A stretch of DNA of 64,000 bases from NCBI GenBank assembly GCA_951406725.2, contig OX597837.1, positions 36,332,001 to 36,396,000 of the forward strand, in the 5' to 3' direction. The position numbers were made by a program, and so were the translations under genes. A model generated the notes under the pieces. It had not been told where the DNA came from. It did not search any database and saw only the letters and a list, made by a program, of their open reading frames with translations. Positions 14,007 through 27,510 of this stretch are shown one piece after another; the first letter of the stretch is position 1; each line of letters opens with the position of its first letter. This stretch comes from Octopus vulgaris (taxonomy: Eukaryota).

Positions 14007-14639
14007 CATACATACATCCATACATACATACATACATACATACACACATACATACATACATACATACATACATACATACACACATACACATACATACATA
14101 CATACATACATACATACACACATACATACATACATACATACATAATACATACATACACACATACATACATACATACATACACACATACACACATACATAC
14201 ATACATACGTACATACATACATACATACACACATACATACATACATACATACGTACATACATACACACATACATACATACATACATACATACATACATAC
14301 ATACGTACATACATACATACATACATACATACATACATACATACATACATACATACATACATACGTACATACATATATACATACAAGAATACTCTGTTGT
14401 TGATGTTGAAATTTCAATAGATGAACCTTGGATCTAGGTTAGAAACCGGCCCTGTTCCTATTGGCATACATACATAAACGTGCATACACACATGCACACA
14501 TACGTACATACACGCATACACACATACACACATACATACATACATACAAACATACACATACATACATACATACACACATACATACGTACATACATACATA
14601 CATACATACACACATACATACGTACATACACACATACAT

Positions 14640-14670
<31 letters not shown>

Positions 14671-14757
14671 TACATACATACATACATACATACATACATA
14701 CGTACATACATACATACATACATACATACATACATACATACATACATACATACGTAC
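12310..14757. repeat. (ATAC)n array with four embedded copies of an ~85-bp module
   Basis: The module GAATACTC..GTTGATGTTGAAATT..GGATCTAGGTTAGAAACCGG..CTATTGGCA occurs at ~12885, 13118, 13428 and 14388, with another copy at ~34240. Confidence 0.9.
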
Positions 14758-15627
14758 AAACAAAAAGTATTTATGTTGTTTTCTTTTCGCTGCTGTTCGT
14801 CTCTTCCTCTCTTTCTACCTTCCCCAATAATCCTGGCTCTTTTGCCATGTTTTTTTTTATTTTGTTTTTGCTGCAAAAACCCTCCTCTTTCGTTTTACGG
14901 AACTCTTTGTCTTCATCCCTTTTTTAGCGCTCCTGTAGTTGTTGTTGTTGTCGTTGTTGCTGCTTTTGATGATGAAGAGGATGATGTGGACGACGACGAC
15001 GAGAAGGATGAGGAGGGTTGCGGAGGAGGATGGTAGAGGAGGAGGAGAGGTGGAGGAGGAGGAGGAGGATGTGGTGGTGGTGGAGGAGGGGTGGAGGAGG
15101 ATGAGAGGTAGTGGTGGAGGAGGAGGAGGAGGAGGAGGAGGAAAGGGTGGATGCGAAGGAGGAGAGGTGGAGGAGGAGGAGGAGGAGGAAGGGGTGGAGG
15201 TGGAGGTGGAGGCCGGAGGAGGTAGATGGTAGAGGCCGGAGGCTGGAGAAGGAGGAAGTGGATAGTGGTGATGATGATGGCTGTGATGACGATCATGATG
15301 ATGGTGATGATGATGATGAGGAGGAGTTGGAGGACAGTGATGAGGAGGACGACGACGACTGTCATGAAGATGATGATGATTGTGATGATGACGATGAGGG
15401 GAGGAGGAGGAGGAGGATAAGGATGATGATGATGACGCGATTCCTCTTACTTGTTTGTTATTCTTATTCTTTTCTTGTCTTTACCTGTTGCTCACATTGT
15501 TATCGTTGTTGTTGTTGTACTGGATGTTTTTGGCTGTGCTCCTGTTTGTTATTGTTGTTGTTGTTGCTGTTGCCTGTTTTTGTGTTGTTAAATGTAATGT
15601 TATTAGTACCGTCGGTACCGTTACCGT

Positions 15628-15736
<109 letters not shown>

Positions 15737-16931
15737 AATGATGATGATAATGATGATGATGATGATGATGACGATGATGACGATGATGATGATGATGATG
15801 GTGATGACAATGACGGTGAAAATGATGATGATGACGATGATGATGAAAATGATGATGACGATGATGATGATGATGACGATGATGACGATGATGATGAAGC
15901 AGTTGTTGTTTCTCCACCGACAATGTACCGTTACACTTGCATTGCTTTTTATACGAGTGTTTCGCCGGAAGCAAAAGCAAACGAAACGAAACGAAAACAT
16001 AACACAAACACACGCACACACATAAACACACGCACACACATAAACACACGCACACACATAAACACACACACACGCATTCAAACGCGCGCACGCACAAACA
16101 CACATACAAATACACGCGCCAACACGCACACATACAGAAACACACAGACTCACACAAATACACAAACAATGCTAACACACAACGATGCACTCAAACACAC
16201 AACCGCACACATGCGCAGTCATACACACATAAACACACACACACAGATATACACACACGCACCAATACACAAACACACACATAAATACAAAAACACACAG
16301 ACAAACACACGCACACACACACAAACACACAATCGCACAGACAAACACTTACACACATGAACATGCGAACACACACACATACACACACGCCCACATACAC
16401 ACAAATATTACACAAACAAATGTACAAATACATAAATACACGCACACATACGCTCACCACACACGCACACACACACACACAAACACACATAGACACACAT
16501 ACACACACAAACACACATACACACGCACAAATACACAAACACACGCATAAATACAAAAACACACAAACACAATCGCACAGACAAACACTTACAAACACGA
16601 ACATGCGAACACACACGCATACACACACGCACACACACAAATAAATAATACACAAACGCATGTACAAATGCATAAATACACGCACACAAACACACACACA
16701 AACACACACACGCGCGCACGCAATAATAAATAAATAGATAAACAAATTACTAAATAGGTAGATAATTATATATAAAACCACGAAAAAAAAATGGCGGCCA
16801 GTAAAAGCGGTTCTTACTAGTTTTTATTTGACTCTGTTTATCTTTCAATACATTTGAACTTTTCATTGCTGTTATTGTTGTTATTGTTTTTATTGCTACT
16901 CCTGTTGCTGCTGCTGCTGCTGGTGTTGTAG

Positions 16932-16964
<33 letters not shown>

Positions 16965-17266
16965 TAACGATGTTTGTCCCATATTTTTTTTATACAGTTT
17001 TGGTTCTTTTAAAGAATGACAAATTGCCCCTTGGTCTTCGTGGATATTTTTCTGCCTTTTTCTCCTTTTGTTTTGTTTTATTTTTTTTTATTTATTTTCT
17101 TGTTTGTTTGTGTGCTTTTGTGTTTGTTTTTGCTCGTGTTTTTTTTTCTATTTTTGGATGTTTGTAATGGCGGTCTTTTTCTCTTTTTTAGTCTTCAAAT
17201 TTGCTGATGTTTTTGTTGTCCTAAATGATTTCGTTATGTCGGTACATATACATATATACATAAATA

Positions 17267-17313
<47 letters not shown>

Positions 17314-17376
17314 GTAAACATATATATATATATTTGTGAATATATGCATATATATATATACATTTATATACATATA

Positions 17377-17490
<114 letters not shown>

Positions 17491-17877
17491 TATATACTTA
17501 CATATATATTAATATATATATATATATACATATGTATATATATATAATATTTTATATCGTTGGTTCTGCTATCCATGTTTACAAGAAGTGTGCTTTGTGG
17601 TAGGTTGGGGAAAGAGGGGGCGAGGGCGGAGCGAGGCATTGACAATGGGGAGAAAGCGATTCCTAAATTCCTCAAAGGTATTTGGAAATAGAGATGATTC
17701 TGTTTAAAGAGAATCGGATAAATTCATTGCTACACATGGCGTCAATATCATATATACGCACAGACGTGTGTATGTATGTGTGAGTGTCTGTGTGTGTGTG
17801 CGTTTGTCTGTGATGTGTTTACGAATATAAACTTGCTTATATAAATATGTGCAGAATTACACACTTACATCTCTGTG

Positions 17878-17944
<67 letters not shown>

Positions 17945-18128
17945 TATGCAGGAAAATAGAGACAGATATGTGTGTATGTATACACACACACAAAATGCAC
18001 AGATGCACGCATACATACGCATGTGTGTATATATGTACACATAGGAAAAAACATAGATGGATAGATATGGATAGATAGATAGATAGGTAGACAGACAGAC
18101 AGACAGCTATATAAATAGACAGGCAGAC

Positions 18129-18179
<51 letters not shown>

Positions 18180-18237
18180 CAGACAGATAGGCAGGCAGGC
18201 AGGGAGACAGGCAAGGCAGGCAGACAGGCAGGCAGGC

Positions 18238-18382
<145 letters not shown>

Positions 18383-19115
18383 TATAGATAGATATTGTCA
18401 ATTTCGGCTTGATTAGGTTTTCCTGTTTCGCCCCCCCAACATCGCTAGACAACCGATGCTGGTGTGTTTATGTCCCCTGACTAAACTGCCTCGTGTTACA
18501 TCGGAAAGCAAGCGAAGAAAACTCCATCAAGCGGTAAATATGTGTGTATATAGCGATTTACTTCTCTTGTAAAAATACTGCAGTGAAAGAAATTTTGATA
18601 TCATTTGTGGTAGAAAGTTAATGAAATATTTCAAAATAAAGAAATGCCCACCCGTCTTCACTTCCCACTAAATCTGGGAGGACCGTGGAGGTAGAGCCCT
18701 TAGATACCTCCTTCATAGGATCCTATCAGAAGCAACAGTCATTAGACTTTCGAGCTGGATTTCTAAGGATGAACATCGGAGTCGATTGGTATTATCCGGG
18801 CATATCGCTCTTTGCTTACTCGTAGGTCACCTGTCAGGTGTTTCGGATGGAAGACTACAGTACACAAACTGTGACTACGGGCTGAAAGCGAGGCAGCGAG
18901 TTACCTTTATTATAATCATATTTATATAATTAAATACTTTGTATTAATTTTTTTTACCTAAATGATGTATTACATGCTAGCTACTTGATAAGATCCTATA
19001 CAGGCTTTATCCTTGATTATAATGATGCATACACATACATACGTATATATTCGCCATGATAGATCGCTAGCCACACCACATTCTTTAATTTCTCCCCTTG
19101 TTTCTTTCTGTGTTG

Positions 19116-19151
19116 CTTTCTGTGGAAGAGCGTAGGCTGGAAACGTTAAAG
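19116..19151 (+). ncRNA. Hammerhead-like motif, variant core (CUGUGGA)
   Basis: cuuu CUGUGGA A GAGC-guag-GCUG GAAA CG UU aaag; same family as 40817 and 42272; one stem II mismatch. Confidence 0.45.
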
Positions 19152-19258
19152 ACTTTTTCACTTTTTCCCGAGCGTTAAACTAATGCATCTGCTTATTGTC
19201 TACACCAATCGTCAATCGTCTTCGTCTTATGTTTTTGTTTTTTTTTTTTGTGAATTAT

Positions 19259-19360
<102 letters not shown>

Positions 19361-19389
19361 CTATGCATGCATGTAGATAGATTGAGAGG

Positions 19390-19437
<48 letters not shown>

Positions 19438-19604
19438 GTATATATATACATATATATATACACATATACATATATACATATATATGTGTATAAAGAAGAG
19501 ATAAATTTAAGAAGAGGGTCGGCATTCTTTTAAGTTTGGAAAAGGTTCTTGAGTTTATTTCAGGAGGTTCTTCAGATGAGTTTAGTTTTTACACCCAAAT
19601 GAGA

Positions 19605-20068
19605 GCGTGTAGCTTTTTGTTAGGGTGCTGCATTAGCGATATCATGGTTTCGATTCCCGTTTCCAGACAGGGCAGCGTATCATGTTCTTGAGCAAAACAC
19701 TTCATCTCGTGTTGCTCTACAATCACTTAGACATATCATATGTTGCACATGTGGCACATTGGTGTGCCTGTACAGGTAATGTCGACGATTTCATGGAGGA
19801 GTTGAGCGAATATACGGTACATGCATTTGATCACTATAAACGGATCATTCACGTAGATTGTTCAGGACGAAATTACAGGACAATATTTCTTCCCTGGACG
19901 ACAGGACGGTCCCTTGCATGATTGGTCCTTTTTGACAGCTGAGTGGACTGGAGCAGCATGAAATGAAGTATTTTGAACAGGAACATAACGCATCACCCGG
20001 CCCAGTAATCGAAACTATAATAATAAGGCCATGAATGCAACACCCTAACCACTAAGCCATGCGCCTCC
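19605..20068. mobile_element. Two family C SINE relics in opposite orientation (plus ~19605-19920, minus ~19935-20068)
   Basis: TTCGATTCCC..GTTCTTGAGCAAAACACTTCAT on plus; GGCGCATGGCTTAGTGGTTAGGGTG head on minus. Confidence 0.7.
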
Positions 20069-20280
20069 ACGTACATACACACACACACACACATACACAC
20101 ACATTCATACACACATTCATACATCACAGCTGCATCCTCGTTACACGAGAAAAGCCATTGCCAAGAAGACTTACTGAAATGATCCATGTCCTTATATGAC
20201 TTTTAAGCCCGGCTAAGCTTTTACACATTTTATTACATACTAGACAACTGTGCTGGCTGGCAGGAGAAACAGGTACCATA

Positions 20281-20454
20281 CGTAGGAGTGGCTGTGTGGT
20301 AAGTAGCTTGCTTACCAACCACATGGTTCCGGGTTCAGTCCCACTGCGTGGCACCTTGGGTAAGTGTCTTCTACTATAGCCTCGGGCCGACCAAAGCCTT
20401 GTGAGTGGATTTGGTAGACAGAAACTGAAAGAAGCCCATCGTATATATGTGTAC

Positions 20455-20534
<80 letters not shown>

Positions 20535-20735
20535 TTGTGTGTCTGTGTTTGTCCCCCCAACATCGCTAGACAACCGATGCTGGTGTGTTTATGTCCCCAT
20601 AACATAGCGGTTCGGCAAAAGTGTCCGATAGAATAAGCTTACAAAGAATAAGTTCTGGGGTCGATTTGCTCGACTAAAGACGGTGCTCCAGCATGGCCAC
20701 AGTCACAACACTGGAACAAGTAAAAGAATAAAAGA
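20281..20735 (+). mobile_element. Full-length tRNA-derived SINE, family B, with an internal (TG)n
   Basis: A-box TGGCTGTGTGG, B-box GGGTTCAGTCCC, CORE/V-like CCTTGGGTAAGTG, tail GAACAAGTAAAAGA; copies at 47616 and 56140. Confidence 0.9.
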
Positions 20736-20759
20736 GTATACGTATGTATACAGACAAAT

Positions 20760-20959
20760 GAGAGCTTTGGATTTAAAAAATTACAGAAGGATCAGTTAGT
20801 TATGATTTTATTCAACAAATCCCTTTCACAGATTCAAGGGGCTTATTGCATCAGTCCTTCAGTATTTCTGATCCCTGTAAAAGAACTCGAAAGATTGAAC
20901 CTCCAACACCCGAGATCTTTCGCGATACCCTTAAAACCAGGAACTTTCCAGCATCCACT

Positions 20960-20965
<6 letters not shown>
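20760..20965 (-). mobile_element. Non-autonomous mariner element, second copy
   Basis: Reverse-complement similarity to 1660-1881 across its length. Confidence 0.7.
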
Positions 20966-21037
<72 letters not shown>

Positions 21038-21130
21038 ATCCAAACAAGAAAACCAAAAAAAAACACAGCAACGCGAGGACGTGGAACAATTAAAGTATTA
21101 TTTGACGCTCAGGAAAGAAGGGAAGGAGGT

Positions 21131-21163
21131 TTTAACGTTTCGAGCGGAGCTCTTCGTCGGAAA
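21131..21163 (-). ncRNA. Hammerhead-like motif, variant core (CCGACGA)
   Basis: uuu CCGACGA A GAGC-ucc-GCUC GAAA CG UU aaa on the minus strand. Confidence 0.55.
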
Positions 21164-21892
21164 CAAGGAGATGGAAAGATCCCGAGAAGGGAAGACAGAG
21201 GAAAAAAATATTTTTGATGGTGGTGCTCATATATATATATATCTGTATGTGTGTGTGTATATATATATGTGTATGTGTGTCTGTATGCATATATGTGTGT
21301 GTGTGTGCGTATACATATATAAATAAGTATATACACATACACATATATGTGTGTATATAGACATATACACAAACACATACTCACGCGCGCGTGCGCAAGT
21401 ACAGCACTGACCTTCCAAAGACTAATGGTCCGGAAATTCTATATAATTCGTACTGATTTGTATTAATTATTTAAGTAAATTTAATATTTGCTTAATTTAG
21501 AGAATATCGACCAAGGTTAACATCACTGGTTCACCAAGAAGACAATGGTTCGGGAAGGGTTTGGAATCAAAGGCTCCGGAAAATCGGTATACACGCCTGT
21601 ATACATATGTATGTATATATGTATGTATGTATGTATGTATGTCTGTATGTATGTATGTATGTATGTATGTATGTATGTATTTATGTATATATCTATGCAT
21701 GTATGTAGATAGATAGAGAGAGAGAGAGATAGATAGAAAGACAGACAAATAGATAAATGGATAGATAGAGAGAGAGAGAGACAAATATATAGATAGATAC
21801 ATACATACATACATACATACATACATACATACATACATACATAGAGGGATATATACATATATATACAGAGAGATAGATACATATATACATAG

Positions 21893-21986
<94 letters not shown>

Positions 21987-22026
21987 GTAGGTAGAGAGAT
22001 ACATACATACATACATACATACATAC

Positions 22027-22071
<45 letters not shown>

Positions 22072-22112
22072 TAGACAGACAGACAGATAGACATACATAT
22101 AGACAGACTGAG

Positions 22113-22197
<85 letters not shown>

Positions 22198-22360
22198 TTA
22201 GGATAAATAATTAATATACCAATTTTCCATTTGTTTTATATTCTATGGACCTATATACATCATGTATTAAGACAAAAGTAACTAATGGAAACACTATACG
22301 TTCTTCGGTCCCTTTCTGAGACCTGCTTTATATCTACCTGGACTTAACTCCCAACTTCAA

Positions 22361-22409
<49 letters not shown>

Positions 22410-22410
<1 letters not shown>

Positions 22411-22540
22411 TATATACGACAGGTTTCTTTCAGTGTTTCCGTCTACCAAATCCACTCACAAGGTTTTGGTCGGCCTGAGGCTATAGTAGAAGGTACTTGC
22501 CCAAGGTGCCACGTAGTGGGACTGAACCCGGAACCACATA
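22410..22540 (-). mobile_element. Family B SINE 5' fragment
   Basis: Reverse complement of 20325-20445. Confidence 0.85.
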
Positions 22541-22729
22541 TTTATATATATATATATGTGTGTGTGCGTGTGTGTAGGAAAGAAGAGCAAGTATATGCAT
22601 ATATTGATAAGGGAGGTTACCGCCCATGACCGTCTCAAAGATCAAGCAGACTAGCCCTAGTTTCGTCTATACCCTAGACTTTGTCAGTGGTGGCTGCTCG
22701 CCTGGCTGTTTATATTAATTATATATATA

Positions 22730-22934
22730 CAGTAATCCCGCCCCACGTCGCGGTTCACCTATCGCGCTCTCAGTACATCACGGATTTTTCTTTTTAATAC
22801 ATGTGAATTTATATCGCAGACTCCTCGGTATATCCGGGTTTCTGCGGCCGATAGGTGTTTATATTTTTTTAGATATTAATTATTTCTGTGGGAGGTTTTG
22901 GAACGTGACACCCACGATGGTCGAGGGATTACTA
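22730..22934. mobile_element. Tigger/pogo-like MITE
   Basis: TA|CAGTAATCCC ... GAGGGATTACTA imperfect TIRs, inserted in a TA-rich tract. Confidence 0.6.
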
Positions 22935-22935
22935 A

Positions 22936-23013
<78 letters not shown>

Positions 23014-23057
23014 TTAGTAATCCCTCGACCATTGTAGCGTTATTAATAAAGTGTATG

Positions 23058-23093
<36 letters not shown>

Positions 23094-23100
23094 CATACAC

Positions 23101-23243
23101 TTTATTAATAACGCTACAATGACATCACAAAAACTGTTGCTCAGAGTTTCACATTCCCGTTCGTCGGACAGTTTGGGTTGAGAACGGGAGCGTGAAACTC
23201 TGAGTAATAGTTTCTGTGATGTCTTTGCAGCATTATTAATAAA
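23101..23243. mobile_element. Fold-back element (~62-bp arms) carrying a hammerhead motif
   Basis: Arms 23101-23162 and 23182-23243. Minus strand 23131-23174 reads AAACUGU CCGACGA AC..GU GAAA CUCUGAG CA ACAGUUU (7-bp stem I); the right arm has ACG-ggag-CGU GAAA CUCUGAG UA. Confidence 0.7.
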
Positions 23244-23316
23244 GCGTTTTACTCTACCTCCGATATTCGAGTACTATTTTTCCACCTTGTTTCGCATTAT
23301 GTGCTTACTCTGGTAC

Positions 23317-23405
<89 letters not shown>

Positions 23406-23757
23406 CGCTTGCATGTTTTGGGTTTGCTGGCACTGTTAGTTTCGAGCAGATCTTCAGAAGCGATAAGAAGCCGAAAGGGTATGCTCCCACTTTCAGTGTT
23501 TTCAAATCCAAACCAAGGAGTTCTGAGCTGATGATAGAAATGTCGAGTTGACTAATCTTGAAACGTACGTTCTCAAATAACCTTTGCATTTGATTTTTTA
23601 ATGTCTTTACCCCCATACTTTCGTGAGTTGAATTGAGCAAACACTATATGAGAGAGATTTTCTTTAAGTATTAGAAATAGTTTTTAAAAAGTTTTTTTAG
23701 CTACTATTTCTAATGAGTTCAGTATGTGGCAAAGTAATTTATTTTACTAAGCCCTTT

Positions 23758-23806
<49 letters not shown>

Positions 23807-24054
23807 CATACATACATACATACATACATACATACATACATACATACATACATACATGTATGTATGTATGTATGTATGTATGTATGTATGTATGTATGTA
23901 TGTATAATACTACGCGCAGAACATATCCTATACACTCACCCCTCAGTTATATAGCACAATTTGCAATCCATCGAGGAAATCATTTCGGGGTCGCTAGACG
24001 TATTCCAAATCACAGCCCTATATCACCCTCAAATTACACCGAACGGTCTTAAAA

Positions 24055-24460
24055 AAGAAAGGTAAATTTGATCTCATCCGGTTGAGCAATCAGAACGTAG
24101 ACAAGTGAAACAAAGAGCGCAAAGTTTTTGGCCTGATGCTCTAACGACTCTGAGAGTTTTTAGCCTTGATTAGAGTTAGTATTTATAGATTTTGACAAAC
24201 AAAAAAATAAATAAAAAGAAAGGTGAAGTTGGCTTTAGTCGGATTTGAACTCATAAAGTAGGGAATTGAAAGCAAACGTGTAAAGCACCGTTGGATGATC
24301 TAACGACTTCACCTTGTTTAGTATTCAAATCTTTGATCTTGAAAAAGAAGAAAGAATGATAGGTAAAACTGGTTTCGGCGGGATTTGAACTCAGATCAGG
24401 AAGAGCCGAAAGAAGGATGGTAAATCACCTTGTCCGATGCTGTAACGATACTCTAACAAG
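24055..24460 (-). repeat. Tandem array of 3 degenerate SINE-head units (minus strand)
   Basis: Reverse B-boxes at ~24065, 24241 and 24381 (GGATTTGAACTC), each preceded by an A-rich run and followed by ..GATGCTCTAACGACT-like sequence. Confidence 0.7.
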
Positions 24461-24532
24461 CGTTGCCCCAGCTACCTTAACACTTAAAAGAAATGAGAGG
24501 ACAGTCATGGCTGGAACGCTTTTAATATAAAT

Positions 24533-24760
24533 TTCTTTACTACCCACAAGGGGCTAAACATAGAGGGGACAAACAAGGACAGACAAACGGATTAAGTCGA
24601 TTACATCGACCCCAGTGCATAACTGGTACTTTATTTATCGACCCCGAAAAGATGAATGGCAAAGTCGACCTCGGCGGAATTTGAACTCAGAACGTAACGG
24701 CAGACGAAATACGGCTACGCATTTCGCCCGGCGTGCTAACGATTCTGCCAGCTCGCCGCT
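24533..24760 (-). mobile_element. Full-length family A SINE
   Basis: Near-identical to 58241-58472 and to the reverse complement of 62533-62764. Confidence 0.92.
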
Positions 24761-25029
24761 TTTAATATATAAAATCTTCCACTCTATTGCGTTTGACCTG
24801 AAGCTAAATAACAAAATAATATCAACGTTCCACCGCCCTACGCAGCCTCCGCATCGCCACCCTCACCAAAAACTAAAAAAAAAAAGACATTACATCATTG
24901 ATTACCATACGATCACCATTCAATAATACAACACATACTTCAACATAATCGGTATTCAATAAGATAACATAATCGATATCATAACATGATCGATCTCCGA
25001 TAACATCAAACAGCCCTACAAACAACCCG

Positions 25030-25125
25030 TAACTCACGTTACAGAAAGTCTTCGTAATCACCGCCCAATAAATTATGGCTGCTCACATTGTGCGTCCCCG
25101 CCATCTTACACGGCGAATTGGCTCA
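25030..25125. promoter_or_regulatory. Candidate Pol II core promoter / regulatory island
   Basis: Within ~65 bp: CCGCCC, CCAAT, ATTATGGCTGC, CCCCGCCATCTT (YY1-like) and ATTGG. CpG-rich and unique in the window; a minus-strand donor-like AAC|GTGAGT lies at ~25032-25040. Confidence 0.4.
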
Positions 25126-27510
25126 GTCGTTAGGACATCGGATCACGCAGGCTTAGAATCTTGCTCTCTTCGTTTCAGCACCTCACGATCCAAGTTCGAA
25201 TTCCGCCTGCCTCAGCTTTACCTTTCATTTTCATCTTTTTTTTTTTTTTTTTTTTTTGCTTTTCGAGATCGATGAATTGAATACTAAACAATGATGTTGG
25301 AACACCGGACAAAGTGTCTTGCCCTCTTTGTTTCAGATCTTAACGATCTGAGTTCAAATCCTGCCGGATCAGCATTACCTTTCATATTTTATTTTATTTT
25401 ATTTTTTTCTTGTTCGAGATCGACGAATTGAATAGAAAACAATGTTGTTAGGACATTAGACAAAATGCCTCGTGCTCTTTGTTTCGGCTTTCCACGATAC
25501 GAGTTCAAATCCTACCGAAATCGGCTTTGCCGTTCATATTATTATTTTATTTATTTTTTTCCAACCGAGGCCAGCTTTGCCTTTCACTTTTAAGGCAATG
25601 TCGTTAGAGCTCCAAACAAGGTTCATTGCACTATTTGTTTCGGCTCTCTACTTTCTGAGTTCAAACCCCTGCCGAGATCACTTTTTACCTTTTTATTTTA
25701 TTTTATTTTATTTTTATTCGAGATCGAAAAACAGATAATTAATCAAAGCAATGTGATTACAACATCGGTCTTGAGCCTTTTTTTTTTTTTTTTTTTTTTG
25801 GTTCTTCACGATCTGAGTTCAAATCCAGCCGGAATCAACTTTAGCGTTTAGTTTTGGGATATTTTTTTTTGTTTGGTTGGGGGTGGGGCATTTTTATTTT
25901 TCGATATTGATGACTAAAATCATTTACATTTGTGAAGAAAAAAAGATACCCTTCCCCCACTTCTAACCCTAACCCTAAAACAGATTGAAATGCAATAGAT
26001 CGATACTAAGGTCATAATTATGGGTGACAATTTCATATGACACCGCTAGAAAAAACTGCCGTTCAAACCGAAAAGATCCCTACAAATTGGCAAAGTCGGT
26101 AGGGCATCGGGCAAAACAATTTACGCTATCGACGTTCTCATTACTCAATCCACCGAGATCAAATTTATCTTCTCAACCCTCAAGACAGAATAATAAGATA
26201 CTAACCAAGGTAGAGTCGTTAGAGCTTCAAACAAATGTGCCGAGCGCTGTTTGTTGCGAAACTCTAAGATCCAAGATCAAATCACACCGTGGACCATTTA
26301 CCTTTTATTTTATTTTTCATTATTTATTTTATTTATTTATTTATTTTGTCTTTATCAAGATCGATGAAAAGCAATTCTACCCAAGACCACAAGTTGGCAG
26401 GGTCGTTAGAGGATAGGATAAAAATACTTTGCACCTCTTTGTTTCGGCATTTCACGATCTCAGTTCAAATCTTACCGGGACCAAATTTGCTTTTCATTCT
26501 TTTTTTAATTTTTTTTTCCGAGATCGATGAGTAGAATATTAATCAGTGCAGAGTCGGTAGAGCATCGGACGAAGTACTTCGCGCTCTTTCTTTCGATTCT
26601 TTACGATCTAAGTTCAAATCCAGCCGAAATTAATTTTACCTTTTATATTTCTTTTTGGGGGGTGGGGCGAGATCGCTGAAGGAAATATTAATCAATGCAG
26701 AGTCGTTAGAGCATCGGACGAAGTACCTCGTGCTCTTTGCTTCGATTTTTTACGATCTGAGTTCAAATCCAGTCGAGATTACATTTACCTTTTATCTTCC
26801 CCTTTTTTTCTTTTTTTGGGGTGGGTGGGGGGATCTGAGAACGCTGAACGAAATATTAATCAAGGTGGGGTCGTTAGGGTATCAGACAAAATACCTTACA
26901 ATCTTTGTTTTGGCTCTTTACGTTCTGAGTTCAAATCCTTTTGAGATCAAATTTTTTTTTTCGTTTTCTTTTTCTTCGAAATCGATGAATGATAATTTTA
27001 ATCAAAGGAACAAATTGACGGGGTCTTTACAACATTGCACAAAATGCTTTGCGATCTTTGTTTCGGATATGTACGCTCTGTGTTCAAACACACTCAAAGC
27101 CATCTCCACCTTTTATCTTCATTTTTTTTTTCTTCGATCGATAAATTAGCGACGAATTGTAATAGAGTCGTTAGAGCATCGAACGAAATGCCTTGCGCTC
27201 TTTAATTCGGCTCTCTACGTTCTGAATTCTAATCTTATCGAGGTCATTTTTACCCTTCGTCTTTTCGAGATCGATAAATGCTAGTAAAAAGCTATGAATT
27301 GGCCACGTCGTTAATGCATTGAATGAAATGCCTCGTAGTGTTCGTTCCAACTCTTTGCATTCCGGGTTCAAATCCTGTTGAGGTCATCTTTACCCTTCAA
27401 CCTTCTGGGGTCGATGAATAAAGTATCAGATTAGAGACATAGATTGCTGGAATCGATTTTCTACTGACAGGATTTTGTTGTAGCTCTTTGCGTTTTAATT
27501 TCAAATCCAT
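25125..27510 (+). repeat. Tandem array of ~15 diverged ~150-bp SINE-head units (A-box-like, B-box, oligo-T, TCGAGATCGA)
   Basis: B-box (G)AGTTCAAATCC or variants at ~25193, 25350, 25501, 25657, 25815, 26140 (weak), 26273, 26461, 26610, 26759, 26927, 27080, 27224, 27365 and 27497. Confidence 0.88.
25920..26082. mobile_element. Unrelated insertion in the array containing TAACCCTAACCCTAA (possible Helitron/Helentron-type fragment)
   Basis: Breaks the 150-bp periodicity and carries a short telomere-like motif; class assignment is tentative. Confidence 0.35.

Noticed and set aside
22645-22692. Minus-strand CUGACAA A GUCUA..UAGAC GAA ACUAG-gg-CUAGU C
   Set aside because: Core G8 is mutated and stem I is weak; probably a dead hammerhead.
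25125-27510. CRISPR-like repeat/spacer appearance
   Set aside because: Whole units are homologous and SINE-derived, the variable parts are T-runs, there are no cas genes, and the context is eukaryotic.
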